Source of the DNA: a virus
Virus record (IMG/VR): IMGVR_UViG_3300046519_000190
Location: 1 to 64,000 of that record
Direction: 5' to 3' (one strand)
DNA: 64,000 bases
Shown: in pieces, positions 1 to 8,187 of the stretch
How positions within the stretch are numbered: position 1 is the first letter of the stretch
Layout: every line of letters starts with the position of its first letter
Made by a program: the position numbers and the translations under genes
The notes under the pieces: model-generated
The model's database searches: none
Told to the model about the DNA's origin: nothing
Seen by the model: only the letters and a program-made list of their open reading frames with translations

Positions 1-56
1 AGGGCCACCAAAAGGCTGGCCCGCCCTGAATCCCTCCCAATGTGACTCCCAAGCTC

Positions 57-249
57 CCACGGGCCATCCCACGGCCCAAGGCACCCGGCGACCCCGCAGG
101 CAACCATAGGCGGCTCCATAGAGCCGTTTCTTTTTAAGCCCCGCGGTAGCGCTTTACCCATACCAAGGGCCGCCTGTCCATATATCGGCTCCTATAGGGA
201 ATTTTTGGGACGCCGCGGCTTACCTTGGCTGACTTTTCATTGACCGCGG
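57..249. repeat. cluster of CCNNGG hexamers (left copy)
   Basis: CCNNGG at 57, 69, 76, 141, 163, 213, 223, 244 in non-coding DNA. Confidence 0.6.
111..135 (+). terminator. Rho-independent terminator-like hairpin
   Basis: CGGCTC-cata-GAGCCG followed by TTTCTTTTT. Confidence 0.55.
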
Positions 250-292
250 CTCAGTTGGCTCTGAGAGAACCCGGTGATCCGGGTCTCATTGG

Positions 293-565
293 TCAAGCGA
301 CTGCTGCTAGAGCTTCGGCTTTCTCTTCTCTGGTGATCCAGATGTTCTTGTAATCGGTAGCATCGTACCGAGACATCACGTTTTTCTCGGTAAGACCCAT
401 AACAACGATTTCACCTTCTACCATTCGAGAAAGGTCTGCAAAACGTACTGTTACCCACTCACAGTCAAAATCAGGGTCTTTCTCTGGTTCACCCACTGTC
501 CAGGCTACGATAACTTGGCCTTCGGCTGTGTACTGACGCCCGGTGTTGAATTTGATGGCTTTCAT
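293..565 (-). CDS. hypothetical protein (90 aa)
   Basis: Start trimmed to MKAIKF, downstream of the promoter at 609-639. Confidence 0.8.
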   Translation of the reverse strand: MKAIKFNTGRQYTAEGQVIVAWTVGEPEKDPDFDCEWVTVRFADLSRMVEGEIVVMGLTEKNVMSRYDATDYKNIWITREEKAEALAAVA

Positions 566-608
566 GATGCTCTCTCGGTAGTGGACAGCTTGTGCTGTCT
601 CTAAGTGC

Positions 609-639
609 ATTCTACAAGCTCCTACAAGGCTCTTGGAGG
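609..639 (-). promoter_or_regulatory. CC-N8-CC-N13 promoter-like element
   Basis: -10 TAGAAT, exact spacing. Confidence 0.75.
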
Positions 640-721
640 CACGTTCTCTGAAAACCAGTATGTTGGGATGGGTAAGCCCCGTTTCTACTCTCCTAGAAGC
701 CGTGGGAGCCCTCTCATGCGT

Positions 722-778
722 GTGTGCCACGAAACCAAGGACCGTCATGTGTGCGTGTGCCTGAGTACCGTGGACCGT
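722..778. repeat. two tandem copies of GTGTGCC-N10-GGACCGT
   Basis: 722-745 and 755-778; third copy at 3269-3292. Confidence 0.7.
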
Positions 779-804
779 AACGTAGGTGAAGCCAGTTGCC
801 TGGC

Positions 805-1062
805 TTACATCTTGGCGCTCTTTGGTTGTGGTTTGCAGCCCACGATGTAGCTGGGATAACCCGGCATGTATGTGGTTGGATCGAAGTCTTTGCTGTTGAT
901 GAACTGGTCACACTCAGTCTTGCTGTTGGGACCACTCCAGCTTTCCACATACTGACTGGTGGGACAGTCACCAACATCATCGCTTTCCATATCTGTACCT
1001 GTGCAGCCTGCGATCAGCAGGTAGGTGATCTTCATGGCTGCTACGGTTGCTGACAGGCTCAT
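805..1062 (-). CDS. hypothetical Cys-containing protein, possibly exported
   Basis: ATGA-coupled to upstream gene; LIAGC lipobox-like segment. Confidence 0.65.
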   Translation of the reverse strand: MSLSATVAAMKITYLLIAGCTGTDMESDDVGDCPTSQYVESWSGPNSKTECDQFINSKDFDPTTYMPGYPSYIVGCKPQPKSAKM

Positions 1063-1388
1063 TGCATTTTCTCCCCGTTACGTTCGATCAATCCGGCACA
1101 GTCGATTTTCATCTGGAGCATGAGGTCTCCCATTGCGTCACTGAGACGGTGCTTAGGCCACACACCACACTCGGTTACGTAGAGAAGACTGGTTCTGATG
1201 TCTTTGCCAATGAACCAGACGTGGTACGAACCGTCATCGTTGCGCAGCAAGACACCGTAGTCACCCTCACAGCTTTTCAGCTCGAACATCTTCTGGTTCA
1301 TGAGCACATGCCCCAGGATTTCGTTGTAGGTGTCCTGGGAAAGCGGACGACCCTCCACTTGGGCGTATACCAGTTCAAGGTTGATCAT
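1059..1388 (-). CDS. hypothetical protein
   Basis: ORF directly downstream of promoter 1439-1469. Confidence 0.75.
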   Translation of the reverse strand: MINLELVYAQVEGRPLSQDTYNEILGHVLMNQKMFELKSCEGDYGVLLRNDDGSYHVWFIGKDIRTSLLYVTECGVWPKHRLSDAMGDLMLQMKIDCAGLIERNGEKMQ

Positions 1389-1438
1389 TGGTTCACTCTC
1401 GGTAACGTCGAGCGTCTGTGTGCGCTCGATCTGTTATC

Positions 1439-1469
1439 AGTGTAAACGCTTGCTTATGGGAGATGTAGG
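1439..1469 (-). promoter_or_regulatory. CC-N8-CC-N13 promoter-like element
   Basis: -10 TACACT, exact spacing; spacer contains GCAAGCGTTT. Confidence 0.75.
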
Positions 1470-1564
1470 TAAACGCTTGCAAGCCGCGGTATTCTATCTA
1501 GTAAACTCTTGGCAAGCGTTTACTAGACAGGTTTCCCAATATCTTATAAACGCTTGCTTATGGC

Positions 1565-1828
1565 TTACAGACCGTCGTAGTCGTAGAGGTCTGTTTCCGG
1601 CTTGTACTGTGGTCTGTACGTACCTTGCTCTACCTGTCTCAGATACTGCTCCCACTCTTCTTGCAGAAGGTGTGCAGGCTTCTTACGAGTCTCAAGCTGC
1701 TTGGCGAATACACGACGCTGGTGGTCTACAGGGGCTTTCGGTGCGTGTACTGGTATCTCATTCCCGTAGATCACAGTATGCCGGTGTGTCTGTGCCTCGA
1801 TGTGGGCTCTGAGTTCTTGCTTGTTCAT
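1565..1828 (-). CDS. hypothetical protein
   Basis: ATGA-coupled ORF. Confidence 0.75.
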   Translation of the reverse strand: MNKQELRAHIEAQTHRHTVIYGNEIPVHAPKAPVDHQRRVFAKQLETRKKPAHLLQEEWEQYLRQVEQGTYRPQYKPETDLYDYDGL

Positions 1829-2187
1829 ACGGTCTGTTCCGGGATGGTTGACAGAAACGTGATCAAGTCCTGGTCATGCAACTCGGTCATCAGCAAGCGT
1901 TTATGGATATTGTTGGTGAACCACAGCATGGCTTCACTCTTGTCTTCGAAGCACACGGCAGTCACCCAGTCTGCGGCATCAAGAGCTTCTTTGCTCTCTG
2001 TACCGTAATACTCTTCTACGGTGTGTACATCTACCACGTAGAGAGAGGTTGAATCAGGGTGGCCTTCAAGATACGAGCAGACACTCATGGTCATCATGTG
2101 ACCGTGTACGACTGTGACCACACCATCTTTCAAGCAGCCACATTCGTTTTTCAGGTACGAGCTTGTTTCCCAAGAGATGCGTTTCAT
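1825..2187 (-). CDS. hypothetical protein
   Basis: ATGA-coupled ORF. Confidence 0.75.
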   Translation of the reverse strand: MKRISWETSSYLKNECGCLKDGVVTVVHGHMMTMSVCSYLEGHPDSTSLYVVDVHTVEEYYGTESKEALDAADWVTAVCFEDKSEAMLWFTNNIHKRLLMTELHDQDLITFLSTIPEQTV

Positions 2188-2408
2188 TGGCCCATCTCCC
2201 CACAGCGCATGCTGAATTCGGTGTAGACAGCAGTCACACCGGCATACAGTGCGATGTTCCCAGCGGTGCGATACAGGTCTGTACCGAAGTGCTCAACAGC
2301 CCAGGTTACAAGCCTCTCTACCTGTGCAGGTGTAGCATCACTGCCCACACCTTCACACATGGCCTCGAAACGCTCGATGGTTTCGTCGACATCCAGTTCT
2401 CTCATCAT
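2184..2408 (-). CDS. hypothetical protein
   Basis: First ORF after promoter 2464-2494; purine-rich RBS. Confidence 0.75.
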   Translation of the reverse strand: MMRELDVDETIERFEAMCEGVGSDATPAQVERLVTWAVEHFGTDLYRTAGNIALYAGVTAVYTEFSMRCGEMGQ

Positions 2409-2463
2409 GGTGTTCCCCTTCTCTCGTATTCATGTGCCGAGCTTGCTTGCTCGATCTGTTATA

Positions 2464-2494
2464 AGCATAAACGCTTGCAAATGGCTCGTGGAGG
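2464..2494 (-). promoter_or_regulatory. CC-N8-CC-N13 promoter-like element
   Basis: -10 TATGCT, exact spacing; near-duplicate of the 1424-1453 region. Confidence 0.75.
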
Positions 2495-2558
2495 CACTTT
2501 ATGCTGCTTCTACCCCTTACAAATCCATTCATTTGAGTGGATTCCGGGAGTAGGGAAG

Positions 2559-2920
2559 CCGCGGCAGAGTGTTCCATGTGGAACATTCATGGCAATCCCA
2601 ACACCCCTAAAAGCCGCGGTACACCGTCTGTGCCTGTTGGCTTGCCAAGGCTACCCATACATTGGTGCGGTTTCCCATGGTTCATACCCTATGTGCAGGC
2701 GCGTCCTGTCCCTATATTGGCCGCCATAGGGAATTTCCGGGATGAACCACGGGAAGCCTTGGTTTGCCGCGGCTACAACATACCCCAAGAAATCCCTTGG
2801 CTCGGTGATAGGTGGTTCTCCCATAGAGAGGGAAGAGAAGGTATGCCACGGCTTGTAGGAGAGAAGAGTGACCGCGGCAAGGTGGTGGCCCTTGGGTTGG
2901 TTTACCGCGGCGTGCCTTGG
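2559..2920. repeat. cluster of CCNNGG hexamers (right copy)
   Basis: 13 copies: 2559, 2614, 2645, 2675, 2747, 2757, 2767, 2795, 2846, 2872, 2890, 2905, 2915. Confidence 0.65.
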
Positions 2921-2938
2921 ACCACCAGCTCGTTAACC

Positions 2939-2974
2939 AAAAAAAGACCTAGAGTTGGGGAGAACTCTAGGTCT
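2939..2974 (-). terminator. strong Rho-independent terminator
   Basis: 12-bp perfect stem AGACCTAGAGTT/AACTCTAGGTCT followed by a T-tract on the minus strand. Confidence 0.85.
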
Positions 2975-3041
2975 GAACACTCCTCAAGCGGAGTGACGAG
3001 AGGGACAGTATGTGCGCCCTGTCCAGGCTGAATGCTGTGCT

Positions 3042-3190
3042 GCTTCTGACGCTGTTCTAGTTCGTTCTGTGCGTCAGCACTACTGTGAAGCTGGTTCGTC
3101 GCTCTGTGAAGCTCTCAGAGCGCTTCCCGCTGCTGTCTTGCTTGTCTCTGCTACGTTGTTGCTGTGAGAGCGATTCTACAGAGAGAACGC
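3042..3190. repeat. diverged non-coding repeat, copy 1 (copy 2 at 6088-6213)
   Basis: 18-nt identity CTCTGTGAAGCTCTCAGA (3102-3119 = 6149-6166) with colinear flanking similarity. Confidence 0.65.
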
Positions 3191-3460
3191 TGGCTGTTCT
3201 TGTAGGTCTTCCGGGCTTGTTGAGGTTTCCTGAGCTTTCCGTTGACCTTGTACGTGCGTATGTCACCTGTGTGCCTGAATCTCAAGGACCGTCATCTGTA
3301 GGGATAGCCTGTGGTGTACGGGAGAGACGATGAGCCTATTACACACGACCACGTTATCCTGACACCTGGTTCTTACACATCTATGAGGTTAGGTCTCTAT
3401 GGCTACCTCTCTATGTACCTATGGTTCTCTGTGCCTGTGCTCTCCCTTGATCCCTTTCTT

Positions 3461-3628
3461 CTACCAGCTACCCCATTCCGGATTCTGTACCTGTTTCCGT
3501 TTGACCCTATGGTTTTCGAACAGGTGTCTGTGTTCTCTCCAGAATTTGATCCTTCTCAGCCACAGACCTGCTCTGTGCTCCAGCTTTTCGGCATTGGTTT
3601 GCTTTCTGTAGAAATAGGTCTTTCCCAT
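3461..3628 (-). CDS. 55-aa basic protein with C-terminal motif (..PEWGSW); not in ORF track
   Basis: Manual translation MGKTYFYRKQ...QNPEWGSW; ATG abuts the upstream stop. Confidence 0.75.
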   Translation of the reverse strand: MGKTYFYRKQTNAEKLEHRAGLWLRRIKFWREHRHLFENHRVKRKQVQNPEWGSW

Positions 3629-3892
3629 TTACCAGATTCCCCATTTTTCTAACCGGGCTCGTCTTGCCTCTATCTGTTCCTCAGAGATTTTTCTCAGGTA
3701 AGCAGTGATTCCGCCACCGTCTCTCTTTACCGCTTCTTCGAGGATTTCCTCAGACCACTCAAGATTCAGGTACTGGTATCTCCCTTTGATCCCTGCTCTG
3801 TGCATGAGCTGGTTTTCTTGGTGTCTTGTGTAGGCTGATTCCATGTACTCGATGATGTCGGGGATTTCTGTGAGATACGGTAGGTTGGTCAT
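3629..3892 (-). CDS. hypothetical protein with C-terminal motif (..KWGIW)
   Basis: ATGA-coupled ORF. Confidence 0.8.
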   Translation of the reverse strand: MTNLPYLTEIPDIIEYMESAYTRHQENQLMHRAGIKGRYQYLNLEWSEEILEEAVKRDGGGITAYLRKISEEQIEARRARLEKWGIW

Positions 3893-4110
3893 GAGAACTG
3901 ACCATAGGTTTGATTGCCGGTGCGTTCGAATTCACGGGACAGTCTGATCTTGGCGTACCTGGGAAGGTCGCTGTGCCTGATCCGCATTTCTTTCGTGAAG
4001 GCTTTCTGCTGCTTGTCGGTACGACACAGCTTGCACAGGTGATCGTGTGTGGATTTGATGCCTTTCCCACAGGAACATGGGAGTTTTCCGAGTTTGGTTG
4101 CTTTGCTCAT
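3889..4110 (-). CDS. small Cys-motif (CxC..CxxC) protein with C-terminal motif (..YGQFS)
   Basis: ATGA-coupled ORF; CSCG and CKLC. Confidence 0.8.
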   Translation of the reverse strand: MSKATKLGKLPCSCGKGIKSTHDHLCKLCRTDKQQKAFTKEMRIRHSDLPRYAKIRLSREFERTGNQTYGQFS

Positions 4111-4454
4111 GCGAACGTACCGTAATTCTGTGGTTTGGGGGTGGCTTTCTTTTCAGGCTTTGGATACCGGATTTTCTGCTGCTTGGCTTCTTCTCTCTTG
4201 AGCCAGTCTTCTTCTACGTGCATGGTTCGATCTGGAAACACAGCCTCTACGAAACCGGTGCTGTGAGGGTTGTTCTTGATGTGCTTGCGGTAGTGGGTCA
4301 GAGCTGTGCTTGGGAATACCGTTCTGGCAATGAACGTTGCTGGGCCACGACCGTCTTCGCTTGCACCGCCGTAGAGAAGGAACCAGGGTGCGTTTGTGAT
4401 TACCTCACGCTTGACGATGCGGTATTCAGTTTCTGTGGTGGTAATGGGCTTCAT
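4107..4454 (-). CDS. hypothetical protein with C-terminal motif (..PQNYGTFA)
   Basis: ORF in a coupled run. Confidence 0.8.
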   Translation of the reverse strand: MKPITTTETEYRIVKREVITNAPWFLLYGGASEDGRGPATFIARTVFPSTALTHYRKHIKNNPHSTGFVEAVFPDRTMHVEEDWLKREEAKQQKIRYPKPEKKATPKPQNYGTFA

Positions 4455-4562
4455 GCTATGGGCTCTCAGGAAGGTGTGCCTTGGGTGTCTATGTCAAAAC
4501 TCAAACCATCGGGCATCATGCAGAATGGTTTGAGTTTTTACACAGCGGTGCTGGTGCTGCTA

Positions 4563-4871
4563 TCAGTCCCTGAAATCGACAGGGATGAACTTGATCTTTT
4601 CATTGGCTTCTACCGCTACGATTGGGTCTTCCAGATAACCATGACCCTTCGCTTTCAGCTTGATGCTTTCAATGCTGTGGCAGCGAGCTTGGTCATGCCG
4701 GGTTTTGGTGTAAACAGGGTACTCTTTGCCTTGTGCGTAGATGGGTTGAAAACGATCGCCGACTACCAGATTCGAGAACGTCAGGATGGCACGGTTGGTT
4801 TGACCCAGCGGCAGGACGTTTGTGTTTACGGTAGTGACGCGAGCTACATTAGCCATGATTGTGAACCTCAC
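4563..4871 (-). CDS. hypothetical protein
   Basis: ORF downstream of promoter 4959-4990; start uncertain. Confidence 0.7.
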   Translation of the reverse strand: MRFTIMANVARVTTVNTNVLPLGQTNRAILTFSNLVVGDRFQPIYAQGKEYPVYTKTRHDQARCHSIESIKLKAKGHGYLEDPIVAVEANEKIKFIPVDFRD

Positions 4872-4958
4872 TTGAGTTTATGGACTGGGGTACATCTACT
4901 GCTCCCAATGGTCAAACGCTTTGCTTTTATGATCAATGCGTTCTGTTGATTTGATGTA

Positions 4959-4990
4959 AGTATGATCGAGAAAGTCCTGGATTACGCTGG
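4959..4990 (-). promoter_or_regulatory. CC-N8-CC-N14 promoter variant
   Basis: -10 CATACT. Confidence 0.6.
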
Positions 4991-5022
4991 CGTTCAAGAG
5001 GGCTTTCTCAAACGCCAGTGAC

Positions 5023-5547
5023 TTATGCGAAAGACCCGAATCCTCTGTCCTTGTACGCTTGCGGAATCTCGGCAGAAGGCTTGAACTGAGCGGTTTCGAT
5101 GGTGTAGTGATCGAGGGGATTGATGCTGCCCCTTGATACCCAGAAGTCCACGAAGTCGTTGAACAGCCTCCTCATATCGGGATACGTGTCGAACTGCTTT
5201 TCAACCATCCGGGTCGAGCCATATCCCGATGTGTGGACGTCGTACTCGATCAGTCTCCACCGATAGATTTCGTCCCGGTAATTCGGGTCGTAGATGCACT
5301 TCACCACACGATCTAGCTTGGGCAGATAGATGCTGGCCAGAGTCTTGGGTTCTGGTCGACCGTTTGGGTCGCCCTCAGCCATTGCACATGCTGGGAAGCC
5401 ATTCGCCTTGAACCTGATCGAAGGCAGCAAACGTGGGACATCCGGTCTGTCCAGGGTCTTCATGTGACCGTCTAAGTCCCAAGCCAAGTCCCAGCCGGCT
5501 TGCTTCATGAGAGCCTCGTCGAAACGAATGCGGTGCATCTGGCTCAT
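5023..5547 (-). CDS. hypothetical protein with C-terminal motif (..GFGSFA)
   Basis: ATGA-coupled; last gene of its unit. Confidence 0.8.
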   Translation of the reverse strand: MSQMHRIRFDEALMKQAGWDLAWDLDGHMKTLDRPDVPRLLPSIRFKANGFPACAMAEGDPNGRPEPKTLASIYLPKLDRVVKCIYDPNYRDEIYRWRLIEYDVHTSGYGSTRMVEKQFDTYPDMRRLFNDFVDFWVSRGSINPLDHYTIETAQFKPSAEIPQAYKDRGFGSFA

Positions 5548-5927
5548 TGCTTCTCAGCCTTCTTGAGACGCCGTACACCGATCCACATATCGCGACCCGT
5601 GAACGCTGTCTTGTATTCGAAACCACCTTCAAGCGCCGGGCCTTCTACCTTGTCGATGATCGTGGTTCGTTGCCAATAGGGTTGGCAATCAATCGATGGT
5701 GGAGTCTCGATCATCACAGGCTCACCGATCTGGAACTCAAGTGGTTTAGGTTCACTTGGGTCCAAAGCCAGGCGGCCGTGCAAGGTGGACTGAACTGCGA
5801 TGTTGGTCATCAAGTGCTCAGCCACCATCAGCAGGTCGATCTGGATATCGCTCAAGACTTGACCATCCAAACTGTGGGCGAGGCTGCTGATTGTGGCCAA
5901 AGCTTTGTCTTGATCCGGGTTACTCAT
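5544..5927 (-). CDS. hypothetical protein
   Basis: GAGGT RBS; downstream of promoter 6002-6032. Confidence 0.8.
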   Translation of the reverse strand: MSNPDQDKALATISSLAHSLDGQVLSDIQIDLLMVAEHLMTNIAVQSTLHGRLALDPSEPKPLEFQIGEPVMIETPPSIDCQPYWQRTTIIDKVEGPALEGGFEYKTAFTGRDMWIGVRRLKKAEKQ

Positions 5928-6001
5928 ACTGCTACCTCTCGTTAGGTCTTGTTGTGAAAAGCCGTTCCAACTCTTCCCTTATTAATACTTCAAGCTATCT
6001 A

Positions 6002-6032
6002 ATTATCTCTTGTTCTAAGAGGGAAGACTCGG
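6002..6032 (-). promoter_or_regulatory. CC-N8-CC-N13 promoter-like element
   Basis: -10 GATAAT, exact spacing. Confidence 0.6.
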
Positions 6033-6087
6033 CGCTCAACAAGGTAGTCAACCCGGATGCCTGCTTCGAAATGGGGAAGCTCTATAA

Positions 6088-6213
6088 GCTTCTGTGACGC
6101 TCTCGAATGTCTGAGCGCTACGCTGACTTATCGTGAGCTGGTTTTCGTCTCTGTGAAGCTCTCAGACGTCTTCCCGACGATCATTTTCTGTCTGTGAGCG
6201 ACTGCAAGAACGT
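6088..6213. repeat. diverged non-coding repeat, copy 2
   Basis: Colinear similarity to 3042-3190. Confidence 0.65.
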
Positions 6214-6363
6214 CTGAGCGGGTGCTGAACAACCGAGTAACATGCAAACACAGGTAAACGCTTGCTAGAGCCTTGTGCATGTTGGCTTTTGTCTCTCAAA
6301 AGGTTGCACATGGCTATGTTCAAAGTTCGGTTAAGTTCACAGTGCCAAGGCGTCATGTTCACA

Positions 6364-6395
6364 AAAGAAAAGCCTGCTTTTGGGAGCAGGCTTTC
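6364..6395 (-). terminator. Rho-independent terminator
   Basis: AAAGCCTGCT/AGCAGGCTTT stem, T-rich tail on the minus strand, just after ORF 6415. Confidence 0.75.
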
Positions 6396-6414
6396 TTGCA
6401 AGCGTTTGCTGTTA

Positions 6415-6612
6415 TTACTGGGTCACGTCTGCGACATTACCAAGCTGAGTTTGCCACTCAACCAAATCGACCCGGAAGCCGAATTCACGCCGGAAACGAG
6501 AGGTGATTTCGAGGATCACTTGCTCGACCTCTTTGTCAGCAGAAGAGCCGGGTTGCTTCTCGGTGCTGAACAAGAACTTGCCGTTTTTGGTGACGTAGAT
6601 GGCGTATTGCAT
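6415..6612 (-). CDS. hypothetical protein
   Basis: TAATG-coupled ORF. Confidence 0.75.
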   Translation of the reverse strand: MQYAIYVTKNGKFLFSTEKQPGSSADKEVEQVILEITSRFRREFGFRVDLVEWQTQLGNVADVTQ

Positions 6613-6842
6613 TACAAACCCCCAAAGTGATCGATAGCCTCGTCAACACACGGGCCTTGTAGACGGTGACGACCAACTTCTTTGTTGTCGAAAACGCAGA
6701 CCCACTCCCAGGTTGTGACGTCTTTGCTGTGGAGGTCCAACTTGTTGGGCAGCTTCTCGAAGGTGCAGCCAATCTCTTCGAGAGCCTTTTTGCGTGCGAA
6801 ACCGCTGATTGGCTTCGCAGTCACAGATTTTACAGCGGTCAT
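6612..6842 (-). CDS. hypothetical protein
   Basis: ATGA-coupled ORF. Confidence 0.75.
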   Translation of the reverse strand: MTAVKSVTAKPISGFARKKALEEIGCTFEKLPNKLDLHSKDVTTWEWVCVFDNKEVGRHRLQGPCVDEAIDHFGGL

Positions 6843-7111
6843 GCGTAAATGCCTCCGAACAGGTGAAACACAAGATTTTCGAGCATGAAAGTACCCAGAT
6901 GTGGCGCAGCAGCGACCGGGTGCTTGCTCATGTCGTGGCCAGTGCCAAATACACCGAAAGCTTGGTGACGCTCGGGCTGATCGGTGTCAACACGAACCCA
7001 CATTTGTGGCTGACCACGTTGAACATCGACATGAATGACTTTGGCGCCGGCGGGCAAGCGCACGGTGAAGTCTTCGGTCATCTGAACGGGGTATTTGAAA
7101 ATGGTGATCAT
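6839..7111 (-). CDS. conserved small phage protein
   Basis: IFKYP..LPAGAK..W..GTGH..VFHLF pattern recalled from a widespread phage hypothetical family. Confidence 0.75.
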   Translation of the reverse strand: MITIFKYPVQMTEDFTVRLPAGAKVIHVDVQRGQPQMWVRVDTDQPERHQAFGVFGTGHDMSKHPVAAAPHLGTFMLENLVFHLFGGIYA

Positions 7112-7260
7112 CGCGCTCTCCCCATTTGCTCGCTACCAACTTGAGCGAGCAAAGCGATAGCCTGGCTCAGTTTTTCGTTTCCAGGCTCAGCATGCTTGGT
7201 GCTGGTGCGAATCAGCGTGGCGAGCTGGATCAGCTTGTCGGCTTGTTGCGCGACGGTCAT
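7108..7260 (-). CDS. hypothetical protein
   Basis: Start trimmed to the ATGA overlap (MTVAQQ). Confidence 0.65.
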   Translation of the reverse strand: MTVAQQADKLIQLATLIRTSTKHAEPGNEKLSQAIALLAQVGSEQMGRAR

Positions 7261-7724
7261 GGCCATTTGAGAACAAACTCCGATTTCATAGCTAGAGCTG
7301 GGAAGAAGGCTTTGAGCAAGCGTTCTTCGATATGGTTGCGAATGAACATCGTGGCTTCGAGCAGCGAGTCGAACGACTCGGTGGTGACGAGGCATTCATC
7401 AGGGTCTTCGATGCTGCTGTTTTGCACGTATGCGGTGTAGAACTCTTGATTGATGGTGCTCTTGCCACCTACAGTCATGATGCACGCCGAGTTGTGAACG
7501 ATGCTGTACATGAGGCCGTCTGCCTCGAACTGGCTGATCATGCCTGGCGATTTGGCTTTCTGCTCTTCGTTGAAGCGCTCGTTTTCGAGCATGCGGGCAC
7601 CCATACTGCCGGGCTTGAACTGGCCAAGCTCAGGGTTTGCGGCAACTGCGGCCGCGATTAGGTTGTTACTTGCATCATGATTGCTGGGCATGGTGAATGC
7701 TCTCTCGTAAGTCGCAGCGTTCAT
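7257..7724 (-). CDS. hypothetical protein
   Basis: Downstream of promoter 7740-7770. Confidence 0.75.
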   Translation of the reverse strand: MNAATYERAFTMPSNHDASNNLIAAAVAANPELGQFKPGSMGARMLENERFNEEQKAKSPGMISQFEADGLMYSIVHNSACIMTVGGKSTINQEFYTAYVQNSSIEDPDECLVTTESFDSLLEATMFIRNHIEERLLKAFFPALAMKSEFVLKWP

Positions 7725-7739
7725 CGCTGCTGTACTTGC

Positions 7740-7770
7740 ATTTTACGAGAGAGCATCTGGGGAGTGTTGG
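7740..7770 (-). promoter_or_regulatory. CC-N8-CC-N13 promoter-like element
   Basis: -10 TAAAAT, exact spacing. Confidence 0.75.
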
Positions 7771-7782
7771 CGCTTGCAAGCG

Positions 7783-8187
7783 TTATTGCGATTCGCCGCG
7801 CAGCAGTTTGTCGAAGGCGCCAGTGCCCTTGAGCATGGCCAACTGCTCGGGAGTTGTGGAGTAGTCAGACTCTTCGATCATCTGGCTCATGATCTTGGCA
7901 AAGGTGAACAACATGAGCTGGGAGATAACCGGCACACCGAACATCGGCTCTTTCTTCAAGTGCTCACCGATGATCCGGGTCTGCTCGATGCCGATTTCGT
8001 GAATCTCTTTGCGAACGGCAGCAGCTTCGACGGTCGTCAGGTTCGTCAGAATCTTGGCCATCAAAGCGTTGGTGTGATTGCTGGCGATCACAGCTTGCTC
8101 GACAACTTGTTGCAGGCTTTCAAGCGTGGGGAAAGCTTGTCTGAAAATTGCCGGCACTTCGGTTACAACGTCGACTACCTTCTTCAT
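7783..8187 (-). CDS. hypothetical protein
   Basis: TGATG-coupled ORF. Confidence 0.75.
   Translation of the reverse strand: MKKVVDVVTEVPAIFRQAFPTLESLQQVVEQAVIASNHTNALMAKILTNLTTVEAAAVRKEIHEIGIEQTRIIGEHLKKEPMFGVPVISQLMLFTFAKIMSQMIEESDYSTTPEQLAMLKGTGAFDKLLRGESQ

Noticed and set aside
722-778. CRISPR-like mini-array or sigma54 promoter
   Set aside because: Only two adjacent units with variable interiors and no cas genes; GGCAC is not followed by TTGC at the sigma54 spacing.
6612-7111. C-termini HFGGL and FGGIYA as extra tag copies
   Set aside because: They lack F/W in the right register or the preceding linker; not counted.
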